From Candidatus Latescibacterota bacterium (GTDB lineage: Bacteria > Latescibacterota > CBDEFO01), in NCBI GenBank assembly GCA_965237525.1, contig CBDEFO010000006.1, positions 320,001-384,000 on the forward strand: DNA of 64,000 nt, given 5' to 3'. The translations under genes were made by a program, and so were the position numbers. Shown here one piece after another: positions 10,153 through 19,643 of this stretch. Position 1 is the stretch's first letter, and every line of letters starts with the position of its first letter. The notes under the pieces are model-generated. The model searched no databases. It was not told the origin of the DNA and worked only from the letters and a program-made list of their open reading frames with translations.

Positions 10153-11456
10153 AGGTTATTTATCAAATGAAATCGGTGCACTTCTCTTTCGATCTTTGAT
10201 TGATCTTGAATGATAGGTTTTCGACAATCTTTGGTTTCTGTTCTTTTTCAAAATGGATGTATAATTGTTCTTCTTTTAGGTTCCATTCAGCCAGGACAAA
10301 GTAGTTGGTGTAAGAGGAGGGAAGAGATACTTTCTCATTTAGGACATCGATAAAGGCTTTATCTGTCTGTTCTGTGTCCTGTTTGACTTGTCTGATAAAA
10401 TAGGTCTTGGGAATGAAATCTTTCTCGTTTGACTTCTCTTGCTTAGGTGGACGGTAGCCGGTGTATCTCTGTGATGAAAGATTAAACCATTCTAACTTCT
10501 GATCAACTTCTTGTAAGCTTTTGAACTGAATTCTGTTCCAGAACTTCCTTGAAAATACAGAATTGTTGCCTTCTATAGATGCTTGAGAAAAGGGCCTTCT
10601 GGGAACGGCAAATATCGGAATCACTTGATTTTTCAAGAGAAACTGCATTGCTTTGCTGACATTCCTTTTACCTGAAACACTGCCAATAGTCGCCGAGCAA
10701 TTGTCCACCTTAACGAAATCTGGTTTTTCAAACCTGTCAAAGAAAGACTGACACTTCTCGATAAAGTTAGTTGCTGTTTGACCGTCAACCCGCCGAAAAT
10801 ACCTTAACTTAGGCTCTTTCTTAAAGGAAAATCCAACGAAGTTGACCGGCTCAGTTCTGCCGGTAAGATACTTTTTACCAATAAAGTCTGATTCTAGGAC
10901 TCTGCCTCCTGAAAGATAGTAAATGGTATACTCTGGATAACAAAGATAACGAGATGCACCCTTGTTTTTACCTTTCTTCCTTCTCTGGGAAAGTCCTAAA
11001 TCTGAAAGCATTCTGCCGATAGTCGGCAACGACGGAGGAGGGGTGCTAGAATATCGATTCCTCCATTCTTGTTCAATAACAGTGGCTCCTGAATAGAACT
11101 GATAAGGATCGTCCTCTAAGCTATGGTAAATCTCTTTGATTCTCTGTTCGTCAACTTTAGCCAATTTTTGCCTTTTTCCTTTTGGCCAACCCCGATTATC
11201 CATGGCAAAATCCTGATCCGGAGATTTAGTCCAAGCCGTAACGAAATCATTGGAAACTCTCGCTTGTTTGATAACTTCTCGCTTTGACATTTCTTTCTTA
11301 AAATACATCTCGTTGACTTCTTGTCTTAATACGGCCAATCTCTCTTTGTCCATAGGACTCCGTAGATTAAAGTTAAGACAATCAACTCAACTTAATCTAC
11401 TAATACTCTAAACAAAGATCAAATTAGGTGCACCGATTTCATTTGATATTCAACCT
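10153..11456 (-). mobile_element. 1304-bp IS with rve-type DDE transposase (IS481/IS1202-like; family uncertain), copy 1
   Basis: 29-bp IRs (26/29 match) AGGTTgaaTATCAAATGAAATCGGTGCAC; 4-bp duplication GTAG (CTAC on the element strand) at 10149-10152 and 11457-11460. Confidence 0.9.
10163..11353 (-). CDS. DDE transposase (N-terminal HTH plus integrase core)
   Basis: ESDFIG / KVDN / SIEGNN putative D-D-E triad; TIGRML HTH-like segment; three near-identical copies. Confidence 0.85.
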   Translation of the reverse strand: MDKERLAVLRQEVNEMYFKKEMSKREVIKQARVSNDFVTAWTKSPDQDFAMDNRGWPKGKRQKLAKVDEQRIKEIYHSLEDDPYQFYSGATVIEQEWRNRYSSTPPPSLPTIGRMLSDLGLSQRRKKGKNKGASRYLCYPEYTIYYLSGGRVLESDFIGKKYLTGRTEPVNFVGFSFKKEPKLRYFRRVDGQTATNFIEKCQSFFDRFEKPDFVKVDNCSATIGSVSGKRNVSKAMQFLLKNQVIPIFAVPRRPFSQASIEGNNSVFSRKFWNRIQFKSLQEVDQKLEWFNLSSQRYTGYRPPKQEKSNEKDFIPKTYFIRQVKQDTEQTDKAFIDVLNEKVSLPSSYTNYFVLAEWNLKEEQLYIHFEKEQKPKIVENLSFKINQRSKEKCTDFI

Positions 11457-11535
11457 GTAGTCAGTAGACGGGGCATCCCTAGCTTTCTCTTTATGCTGTC
11501 TGCTGTTTTACTAAGCGTCTTCATTTAAGTCTATC

Positions 11536-12324
11536 CTATCTCTGGAGATTGTTGGCTGTGGAGAGCATCTCTTCGGCAGTTCTTATAACTTTGGAGTTGA
11601 TCTCATAGGCCCTCTGAGCTAAGATCATGTTTACCATTTCCTCTACGACTTTGACGTTGGACATCTCCAAATATCCCTGGCGAAGTCCACCGAACCCCTC
11701 GAACGCCGGTGTCCCTATTACGGGGTTACCTGATGAGACTGTAGCTTCGTAGAGGTTCCCCCCGAGGTTCTTAAGTCCTGCGGGGTTGATAAATCTGACA
11801 AGCTCGATTTGTCCTACTTCTTGAGGCTCGACTTCCCCCGCCAAAAGAACCCTTACCGTTCCGTCAGCACTTATCTGAATATCGGTAGAGTCCTGGGGAA
11901 TAGATAATGCGGGTTCAAGGACAAATCCGTCGGAGTTGACTATCCTGCCGTCCGACGAGAGCTTGAACGTCCCATCCCTTGAGTAGGCTATGGAATCGTC
12001 GGGTCGGATTATCTGGAAGAAGCCATTCCCTTCGATAACGATGTCGAGGGCATTTTGTGTGGGGGTTAAGTCGCCCTGGGAGAACATCTTCTGGATGGCT
12101 GCAGGCTGCACCCCAGCTCCGATCTGTATCTGGGATGACGTACCCTCACCGCCAGAAGGTTCGCCGTTATCCAGTTCTACGCTCTGATAGAGAAGGTCCT
12201 GAAATTCTACCTTGTCTTTTTTGAAGGCTGTAGTGTTGACGTTAGCCAAGTTATTGGCTATAGTATCCACATAAAGCTGCTGTGCAAACATTCCAGTAGC
12301 CGCTGTTCTTAACGCTCTAATCAT
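11536..12324 (-). CDS. flgG: Flagellar distal rod protein
   Basis: MIRALRTAATGM, IANNLANVNTTAFK, FQDLLYQ, LEMSNVKVVEEMVNMILAQRAYEINSK. Confidence 0.97.
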   Translation of the reverse strand: MIRALRTAATGMFAQQLYVDTIANNLANVNTTAFKKDKVEFQDLLYQSVELDNGEPSGGEGTSSQIQIGAGVQPAAIQKMFSQGDLTPTQNALDIVIEGNGFFQIIRPDDSIAYSRDGTFKLSSDGRIVNSDGFVLEPALSIPQDSTDIQISADGTVRVLLAGEVEPQEVGQIELVRFINPAGLKNLGGNLYEATVSSGNPVIGTPAFEGFGGLRQGYLEMSNVKVVEEMVNMILAQRAYEINSKVIRTAEEMLSTANNLQR

Positions 12325-12490
12325 TTAAGTTCCTCCTTGGTAAATTGTAGTAAAAAGTAATCAAAAGCAATGGGGTCCACCAAAAAGTCACAGGCGACAC
12401 TCACCATCCCCGAAAAGTATCGAAGAACTTCTCGGGACAAAAAGATATCATTCAAGTGCGCCGTAGAGATGAGAAGACCTGCGTTCATAA

Positions 12491-13255
12491 TCAAAAGCTT
12501 CCCAATTCGGTCACAGCTTTTCTTAAAGTATCATCCTGATATGACAGCACCTTTTGAGAAGATTGATTGTTTTGCATGTTCTCTATCATCTCCACCATCG
12601 CTTCGAAGGAGTTGACGTTGGAATTCTCCAAGAAACCTTGCTTTACAGACGGATCTATTACTACATTGCCACTGTCGGATGGATCAGAGGGGACAAACAG
12701 ACCGTTTTTATCCTTGGCGAGCTGGTAAGGCTTCTCAAAATCGGTGATCAGTAGCTTGCCTATAATCTGACCACCGACTACACCGCCTACCTCTCTATCG
12801 ACCATGATTTCTCCTCTGCTGTTGATTCTGATATTGACATCATTCTCATCTATCTGTATTGAGCCGCCCTCTCCCAGAACTTGAAAGTGTGTGTGTGTAG
12901 TTAGATTTCCCTCTGCATCCAGCCTGAAACTGCCGTTTCTGGTATATCTGGTTCCAGCGGGTGTTTCAAGCGAAAAGAATCCGTCTCCATCTATCGCCAC
13001 GTCTAAGTGTCCATGCGTCTGTTGAATAGGCCCCAGGCGGAAATCTACTGTATATGATACAGAGTCTTCTACGTTGCCTGACTCTATCTGTCCTGCCTGA
13101 CGAAGCGCCAGGTTGGAGCCCAGAAGCGATCTGAACTTTATGGAGTCCTTCTTAAAACCTGGAGTGTTGACGTTAGCTAGGTTGTTGGCTATTACTTGCA
13201 GTGTGATCGGACGGGCGATCATGGAGGCTGCCGATGTATATATTCCTTTTATCAT
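12491..13255 (-). CDS. flgF: Flagellar proximal rod protein
   Basis: MIKGIYTSAASM, IANNLANVNTPGFKKD, YTRNGSF, LENSNVN; upstream of flgG. Confidence 0.9.
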   Translation of the reverse strand: MIKGIYTSAASMIARPITLQVIANNLANVNTPGFKKDSIKFRSLLGSNLALRQAGQIESGNVEDSVSYTVDFRLGPIQQTHGHLDVAIDGDGFFSLETPAGTRYTRNGSFRLDAEGNLTTHTHFQVLGEGGSIQIDENDVNIRINSRGEIMVDREVGGVVGGQIIGKLLITDFEKPYQLAKDKNGLFVPSDPSDSGNVVIDPSVKQGFLENSNVNSFEAMVEMIENMQNNQSSQKVLSYQDDTLRKAVTELGSF

Positions 13256-13511
13256 AGAACGAGTCTCTCCAATTGAAAATAGCACAGATGCAAAAGATGC
13301 ATGCTATGAACGAGCCTGTCTCGAGGTAATTTTGTATATTCTCTTGCCCAGCTTGTCCATTTTCCGGTTTAGAAGCCACAGCCTGAGTCTAAGCTTTGAG
13401 AGTGGATAAAGTATTCCGTCTTTCATACCTCTTGACCCCTTTGCATAATAGGCGAACACTTGACAATCAACAAAATCATACGTGATTAATGTATCTGCAA
13501 GCGTGAAACGA

Positions 13512-13527
13512 CGCAAATCCTATGCCA
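13512..13527 (-). promoter_or_regulatory. Putative sigma54 -24/-12 promoter of the flgF operon
   Basis: Minus strand TGGCAT-AGGAT-TTGCG fits TGGCAC-N5-TTGC. Confidence 0.7.
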
Positions 13528-13979
13528 CAAGATAAATATGGACTGCAAATTTACACAGCTTTCTATCAGAACTATGTAGTATTCGATTGATCAAAGAAAA
13601 TTACTCGAAAAGTCAGAGTTACCAACTCCAGCAGGGCCCCGATGTCTATAGAATATCGGCAACTTTTTCCGAGCGGGAACCTTTTTTGCTGCTTTGAAAT
13701 AGGTATAGGAGCACCTTTGGGTCTGTCTATTGACAGATTATGAGCAAACTTTCGGGTCATATCCGGGGTCAACTTTTGTCTTGACTTTGCATCTTTTTTT
13801 GCTTATCTTGCGCTCTATATTGTTATACCTGCACAATAGTAGGAGACACCTGCCTTAAGACACACGTATGATTCAGTCTTTTCTTACGTTGACGAAAATA
13901 ATTCCCTTTAATTTTAACCTGTAAAAATTGTCGCGAAAGGAGGTTTAATGTATGACTGTACAATCTTCCATATAATAAA

Positions 13980-13995
13980 TGGCATAGAAATTGCA
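13980..13995 (+). promoter_or_regulatory. Putative sigma54 -24/-12 promoter of motA
   Basis: TGGCAT-AGAAA-TTGCA, 21 bp upstream of the motA ATG; AAGGAGG RBS follows. Confidence 0.75.
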
Positions 13996-14016
13996 TTCCA
14001 TTTAAAGGAGGTATAG

Positions 14017-14811
14017 ATGAACACATCTACTATCCTCGGTATCATCCTCGGTGTGACTCTCCTTACCGCGGCGATTATGTTGCAGGCGGATATCAATTTC
14101 TTTATCAACCTACCCGGCATAATCATCGTCCTTGGAGGGACAGCGGCCGCGACGTTCATCAGCTTTCCGTTGCCGACAGTAATAAGAGGATTCAAAGTAT
14201 TCTTCATAGTGTTTAAAAAGGAACCGCCGCGCCTTGAGGATCACATAGAACAGGTGGCCTCCCTTTCCGCTAAGGCGCGCGGAGACATCCTTGCATTGGA
14301 GGAGGTAGTTGGGAATGTAAAACACCCGTTCTTAAGGGACGCTCTTGAGATGCTCATAGATGGGTATCCTGCAGAGGAGATAAGGGAAATACTAAACGAG
14401 CGAGTTGTGTACCAGAATATACGTGAGCAGGAAGAAGCAGATATATTCAAGAACATGGCTAAGTTCGCACCCGCCTTCGGCATGTTGGGCACTCTGATTG
14501 GTCTTATCGATCTTTTGTCCAACATGAACACAGGCTCTATGGACGCGATAGGCGGAGGTATGGCTGTAGCTTTAGTGACGACCTTCTATGGCGTGTTATT
14601 GGCCAACTTGCTATTCAAACCGATAGCGGTAAAATTGGAGAAGCGGAAGGAAGAACGGGCGCTTTTGGCAAGAATGCTGACCGCAAGTATTACCATGATA
14701 AGGGAGGGCTGGCAGCCCTTTAAGATTCTGGACTACCTGAATTCATTCGTACCGCCCGCCAAACGGAAGATGCTCGAAAGGAAGATGAGCGCCTCAGCGG
14801 GAACACAGTGA
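14017..14811 (+). CDS. motA: Flagellar stator protein MotA/PomA
   Basis: IIVLGGT, APAFGMLGTLIGLI, IGGGMAVALVTTFYGVLLANLLFKPIAVKL. Confidence 0.93.
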   Translation: MNTSTILGIILGVTLLTAAIMLQADINFFINLPGIIIVLGGTAAATFISFPLPTVIRGFKVFFIVFKKEPPRLEDHIEQVASLSAKARGDILALEEVVGNVKHPFLRDALEMLIDGYPAEEIREILNERVVYQNIREQEEADIFKNMAKFAPAFGMLGTLIGLIDLLSNMNTGSMDAIGGGMAVALVTTFYGVLLANLLFKPIAVKLEKRKEERALLARMLTASITMIREGWQPFKILDYLNSFVPPAKRKMLERKMSASAGTQ

Positions 14812-14910
14812 GCAAATGATGCACTGAAAAGTTTTGATGGAATGAGGAAAAGGCTTGAATAGTAGATGATGGACAGGCAGGAGTGGCGAGAGCCCGTACC
14901 TACTGACTAC

Positions 14911-16214
14911 AGGTTGAATATCAAATGAAATCGGTGCACCTAATTTGATCTTTGTTTAGAGTATTAGTAGATTAAGTTGAGTTGATTGTCTTAACTTTAA
15001 TCTACGGAGTCCTATGGACAAAGAGAGATTGGCCGTATTAAGACAAGAAGTCAACGAGATGTATTTTAAGAAAGAAATGTCAAAGCGAGAAGTTATCAAA
15101 CAAGCGAGAGTTTCCAATGATTTCGTTACGGCTTGGACTAAATCTCTGGATCAGGATTTTGCCATGGATAATCGGGGTTGGCCAAAAGGAAAAAGGCGAA
15201 AATTGGCTAAAGTTGACGAACAGAGAATCAAAGAGATTTACCATAGCTTAGAGGACGATCCTTATCAGTTCTATTCAGGAGCCACTGTTATTGAACAAGA
15301 ATGGAGGAATCGATATTCTAGCACCCCTCCTCCGTCGTTGCCGACTATCGGCAGAATGCTTTCAGATTTAGGACTTTCCCAGAGAAGGAAGAAAGGTAAA
15401 AACAAGGGTGCATCTCGTTATCTTTGTTATCCAGAGTATACCATTTACTATCTTTCAGGAGGCAGAGTCCTAGAATCAGACTTTATTGGTAAAAAGTATC
15501 TTACCGGCAGAACTGAGCCGGTCAACTTCGTTGGATTTTCCTTTAAGAAAGAGCCTAAGTTAAGGTATTTTCGGCGGGTTGACGGTCAAACAGCAACTAA
15601 CTTTATCGAGAAGTGTCAGTCTTTCTTTGACAGGTTTGAAAAACCAGATTTCGTTAAGGTGGACAATTGCTCGGCGACTATTGGCAGTGTTTCAGGTAAA
15701 AGGAATGTCAGCAAAGCAATGCAGTTTCTCTTGAAAAATCAAGTGATTCCGATATTTGCCGTTCCCAGAAGGCCCTTTTCTCAAGCATCTATAGAAGGCA
15801 ACAATTCTGTATTTTCAAGGAAGTTCTGGAACAGAATTCAGTTCAAAAGCTTACAAGAAGTTGATCAGAAGTTAGAATGGTTTAATCTTTCATCACAGAG
15901 ATACACCGGCTACCGTCCACCTAAGCAAGAGAAGTCAAACGAGAAAGATTTCATTCCCAAGACCTATTTTATCAGACAAGTCAAACAGGACACAGAACAG
16001 ACAGATAAAGCCTTTATCGATGTCCTAAATGAGAAAGTATCTCTTCCCTCCTCTTACACCAACTACTTTGTCCTGGCTGAATGGAACCTAAAAGAAGAAC
16101 AATTATACATCCATTTTGAAAAAGAACAGAAACCAAAGATTGTCGAAAACCTATCATTCAAGATCAATCAAAGATCGAAAGAGAAGTGCACCGATTTCAT
16201 TTGATAAATAACCT
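14911..16214 (+). mobile_element. 1304-bp rve-type IS, copy 2 (flanks CTAC / TTAC)
   Basis: Same IRs and length as copy 1; intact transposase ORF. Confidence 0.9.
15014..16204 (+). CDS. DDE transposase
   Basis: 396 aa, nearly identical to 10163-11353. Confidence 0.85.
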   Translation: MDKERLAVLRQEVNEMYFKKEMSKREVIKQARVSNDFVTAWTKSLDQDFAMDNRGWPKGKRRKLAKVDEQRIKEIYHSLEDDPYQFYSGATVIEQEWRNRYSSTPPPSLPTIGRMLSDLGLSQRRKKGKNKGASRYLCYPEYTIYYLSGGRVLESDFIGKKYLTGRTEPVNFVGFSFKKEPKLRYFRRVDGQTATNFIEKCQSFFDRFEKPDFVKVDNCSATIGSVSGKRNVSKAMQFLLKNQVIPIFAVPRRPFSQASIEGNNSVFSRKFWNRIQFKSLQEVDQKLEWFNLSSQRYTGYRPPKQEKSNEKDFIPKTYFIRQVKQDTEQTDKAFIDVLNEKVSLPSSYTNYFVLAEWNLKEEQLYIHFEKEQKPKIVENLSFKINQRSKEKCTDFI

Positions 16215-16227
16215 TTACTTACTGAAT

Positions 16228-16632
16228 ATGGATATATACGAAATCACCATAAAATCATATCAGAACGTGCAGAAGTTGCCAGAGCGCATCAAGAAGAGAT
16301 TTTTGGCGGACGCCGAGTGGGATGAGAAGATAACCATCGATTTTGAGGAGGCGGGGCCAGGGCTTTACGCTGTGCATTGGAAGTACGAAGCCCAAGATCA
16401 CGAAGTAGTCGAAATACGTAGGTTATCGCCCGAAGATGAGAAGCTGCTGGACGAGGCATTTGCGGATGACTTAGCTGAACCGACCATGGGCGACCCCTTT
16501 CATCCGTCTGTAGGAATGGACATGAGCCAAACAGAGACCTTAGCCCGGCTCTGGGAGGAAAGCCAAACGGGAGAATTTGATCAGCTTATCCACGATCTGT
16601 ATCAGCATCTTACACCTGACGATGAAGGATAA
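16228..16632 (+). CDS. Hypothetical acidic protein
   Basis: Open frame from ATG 16228; no recognised motif. Confidence 0.5.
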   Translation: MDIYEITIKSYQNVQKLPERIKKRFLADAEWDEKITIDFEEAGPGLYAVHWKYEAQDHEVVEIRRLSPEDEKLLDEAFADDLAEPTMGDPFHPSVGMDMSQTETLARLWEESQTGEFDQLIHDLYQHLTPDDEG

Positions 16633-16726
16633 TACATAGCTTGCTCATGCGTGAAGAGCCAGATAAGACCCCAGAACACAAACCAGAAAAACATAATTCT
16701 GGGAAAATCAAAACAGACACTGACAG

Positions 16727-16863
16727 ATAAATGCTGTTGCGACTGCATCCAAGTTAAATGAAGAGACAGACCAGATCACTGTGACCAACGGCTAGAAGGG
16801 ATCCTTCTATCTCAGGTGTGTCTTACACCCTTGGGTGTGTCGTACACCAGAAGCTACGCGATT
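16727..16863 (+). pseudogene. Decayed copy of the 5' end of the gene starting at 19644
   Basis: Aligns by eye with 19644-19766, e.g. GTGTCGTACACCAGAAGCTACGCGATT vs GTATCGTACACAGGAAGCTACGCGATT (24/27). Confidence 0.7.
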
Positions 16864-16949
16864 GTAGTGGAGGATTTTCGGTCTGCACTTAAATAGATCG
16901 GAGAGAGGGCGCATTTCTCCCCGGGTCGGGAGTTCTGCGCCTAATTCTT

Positions 16950-17729
16950 GTGATTGATCGACTTGGTCAACTTCTAAGCCAGCACGAGCGGTTATACGGC
17001 GTGATCTGCCGCGACGCCACCCTCACTGACATCGAACTAATGGCACAGGTGGGCTACCACATCATCTGGCTCGACCTGGAACATAGCCCACAGCCGGCGG
17101 TTGAAGCGATTCGACTCGGTCGCTCGATCGCCCACCTGGGTATGGTCTCGCTGGTGCGCATACCTGAACTGTCGCGCACCCATGTACAGATTCTGCTGGA
17201 CGGCGGGATTCAGATCCTTGCCCTGCCCGATGTGAGGGATGTCCAGCAGGCTATACATTTTGCTCACTTAGGCAAGTATCCGCCAGTGGGCGCACGCGGA
17301 ATCTCCAGCTCCAGCGCTGGCATTGGGTTTGCACTCGGTGAGAATCCCCAGCAAACCTTGCGGCAGGTAAACGAAGCGACACACCTGATGGCGATGGTCG
17401 AAAGCGATGAAGGATACAAAGCACTCAACGCAATCCTCGCTGTCGAGGCAGTAGATATGATATCCGTGGGACCCAATGACTGGTCGGCCGGCCTTGGGAT
17501 CTTCGGAGACGAAGCAGAGGCATATCTGGCTCCCAAGATAGAGCGCGTGATCAGCGCAGCTTCGGGCGCAGGCAAAATTACGACCATGACTCTATCCAGC
17601 CCTGAGCAGGCGGAGTTTTACCACAATCTGGGTGTACGGGTCTTTTTCGTGGGTGTGGATGTCAACATCAAACGCAGGATCCTGAGTGAAACTCTGAGAA
17701 GCTTTCAAGAGAAAGGGAAAGGCAACTAA
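16950..17729 (+). CDS. HpcH/HpaI aldolase family protein
   Basis: WLDLEHS, LLDGG, KYPPVGARG, AMVES, SVGPNDWS. Confidence 0.88.
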   Translation: MIDRLGQLLSQHERLYGVICRDATLTDIELMAQVGYHIIWLDLEHSPQPAVEAIRLGRSIAHLGMVSLVRIPELSRTHVQILLDGGIQILALPDVRDVQQAIHFAHLGKYPPVGARGISSSSAGIGFALGENPQQTLRQVNEATHLMAMVESDEGYKALNAILAVEAVDMISVGPNDWSAGLGIFGDEAEAYLAPKIERVISAASGAGKITTMTLSSPEQAEFYHNLGVRVFFVGVDVNIKRRILSETLRSFQEKGKGN

Positions 17730-17739
17730 AACTTGGCAT

Positions 17740-17777
17740 GAATCCCAGATTGAATCTATCGGGGATTCAATCTGGGA
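17740..17777. repeat. 21-bp palindrome family (consensus CCCCGATAGATTCAATCGGGG); representative copy
   Basis: Further copies at about 21449, 27714, 30437, 36296, 39946, 40016, 41154, 48087/48103, 49480 and 57401. Confidence 0.8.
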
Positions 17778-17871
17778 GCGGGGATCATTCACTTGTGAAA
17801 CCGATTGACCCAAGGAGCACGCAGACCGCTGAATTTTTCCAACTTCTCCGGGAAAGAAAGGGGGATTAAGT

Positions 17872-18627
17872 ATGTCCGTTCAACTCGAGTTTGTAGGTCA
17901 CGCATGTTTTCGGCTGTGGGAAGATGGCAAACCCTCGATTGTCATGGACCCATTTTCGCATGTGAATACGAAACTTCCCGACGATGGGTTTCGCCTTGAG
18001 GCGGAAACCATTATCGTCAGTTCACTTACTGACTCGTCCCATGATTACGTCGGCCTGGTCAGGGGACGTCCTCAGGTAATCAACGCGCTGGACGCAGCCA
18101 CTGGCAAGACTGCGGCAACTATCAACGGCGAACCGTTGGTGGCGATCCCTGCAGCGGAGATCCCGGATCATCCAGAGGGCCCCGACGACAATGCCTTGTA
18201 CGCCTTCAAAGCTGGCGGCTTGTGGTTTGCACACATGGGAGACCTGGGATTCGGGCTGAGCAATGAGGAGCTGGCGCCGTGGATGGGCAGGTGCGATGTC
18301 TTGATGGCCATTGTCGGCGAGAAGTTCACCGCCAAACTGGACGAACTGGATCAGATGATCCAGTTTCTGAAGCCGACCTGGATCGTTCCTATGCACTATG
18401 CGTTACCGCCCCTGGGCGGGGAAGATGCCGGCGGCATGACCTACCTGGATGCGTTCCTCAATCGCCGCATGAGCGACCCGGTCTTCCTCGCCTGTCACCA
18501 TACGGTGTCTTTTCCGCTGCCCAGGGCAGAAGATAGCCGACCGACCATTGTCGTTCTGGAACCGTCCAGCTATGAACCGGTCGGAGGCCTTGTAGAATTT
18601 CATTGTAAGCTAGGGAGGTCTGAGTGA
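17872..18627 (+). CDS. Metallo-beta-lactamase-fold hydrolase
   Basis: GHACF, MDPF, FAHMGDLG, IVPMHY; the HxHxDH motif is degenerate. Confidence 0.8.
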   Translation: MSVQLEFVGHACFRLWEDGKPSIVMDPFSHVNTKLPDDGFRLEAETIIVSSLTDSSHDYVGLVRGRPQVINALDAATGKTAATINGEPLVAIPAAEIPDHPEGPDDNALYAFKAGGLWFAHMGDLGFGLSNEELAPWMGRCDVLMAIVGEKFTAKLDELDQMIQFLKPTWIVPMHYALPPLGGEDAGGMTYLDAFLNRRMSDPVFLACHHTVSFPLPRAEDSRPTIVVLEPSSYEPVGGLVEFHCKLGRSE

Positions 18628-19640
18628 AACTTGGAATCAATACACATTTTATCATGAAGTTCGAGCGGGAAGAAGGCCTGAGGTTCTGCCAGGCAATCGG
18701 GGTGAGCGCGGTCGAAGTCGGTGCTACGGGCCCAACTGCTAAGAGATACTGCGACGTGGACAAGCTACTGGCGGACCGGGGCGAGCTGGACCGCTGGCTC
18801 GACGCTTACGCCAGTCACGGCCTTGAACTCTACTCGTTCAGTGGGCACGGTGCACCGCTGGCGCCTGATGCGGAGATCGCCGCCGAATATTCGCGCCAGT
18901 TTCGCCAGGCCTGCAAGCTGATGGAGCAACTTGGGGTCCGGAGGATGGCGCTGGTGGCAGGGCTTCCCGAAGGCGCCGAGGGCGACAGCCTGCCGGCCTG
19001 GATCGTCAACATGGAATTTCCGTTCTACCGCGACGCACTCGACTGGCAGTGGGAGAAGCGCCTGATCCCGTACTGGAAGGAGCACGGCAAGATCGCCTCA
19101 GATCACGGCGTAACCCTGTGCTTCGAGATGCAGATCAACGACATGATCCACACTCCGGTCCAGCTGAGGAGGCTGCACGACGAACTTGGCCCGGTCGTGG
19201 CCTGCAACTTCGATATTTCGCACATGTGGATCCAGCGGATAGATCCATTTGAGGCGATGCACTACCTTGGAGAACTGATTCAGAATGTCCACCTCAAGGA
19301 CACCCTCATCCACGAGCCCAACGCCAAGCTGCGCGGCTTGTTCGACTCCACTAGCAAGGACAACTTCGAGGAGCGTTCCTGGACATTCACTATACCCGGC
19401 TGGGGTCACGACGAGCAGACCTGGCGCCAGGTCATAGCTACGCTGCGCTTCTTAGGCTACGACGGGATACTCTCTCTCGAGATGGAGAGTGAGTACATGG
19501 AGATGCAGGAGGGCTTGGAAAAGGCAGCGGCCTTCATCCGGCCCATGATACTTGAGAAGCCAGTCGGTCAGACGTGGCAGCAGATGATGCAGCTGTACGA
19601 ACCCTGGAAAGAATGGTCTGAAAGCCAAGATGGAGACTGA
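18624..19640 (+). CDS. Sugar phosphate isomerase/epimerase (xylose isomerase-like TIM barrel)
   Basis: CFEM, NFDISH, NVHLKD, GYDGILSLEME. Confidence 0.88.
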   Translation: MKLGINTHFIMKFEREEGLRFCQAIGVSAVEVGATGPTAKRYCDVDKLLADRGELDRWLDAYASHGLELYSFSGHGAPLAPDAEIAAEYSRQFRQACKLMEQLGVRRMALVAGLPEGAEGDSLPAWIVNMEFPFYRDALDWQWEKRLIPYWKEHGKIASDHGVTLCFEMQINDMIHTPVQLRRLHDELGPVVACNFDISHMWIQRIDPFEAMHYLGELIQNVHLKDTLIHEPNAKLRGLFDSTSKDNFEERSWTFTIPGWGHDEQTWRQVIATLRFLGYDGILSLEMESEYMEMQEGLEKAAAFIRPMILEKPVGQTWQQMMQLYEPWKEWSESQDGD

Positions 19641-19643
19641 AAA

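Larger units (their letters stand above)
9434..11524 (-). pseudogene. flgA: Flagellar P-ring chaperone FlgA, interrupted in its N-terminal region by an IS
   Basis: SAF/FlgA C-terminus (LIERGDIV...GKAKQSGRKGDMIMIKNVDSGR). Removing 10153-11456 and one CTAC restores a 260-aa ORF beginning MKTLSKTADSIKRKLGMPRLLTTTYFLLAFSVAFIGLFLMVQSAECA. Confidence 0.88.

Noticed and set aside
14866..14910. MMDRQEWREPVPTDY as the start of motB
   Set aside because: It is too short and has no MotB motif; it could equally be intergenic heptamer-containing sequence.
16815..16848. GGTGTGTC(T/G)TACACC tandem palindromes as a GntR-type operator for the aldolase
   Set aside because: They lie within the decayed copy of the 19644 gene start and match its coding sequence, so a local duplication explains them.
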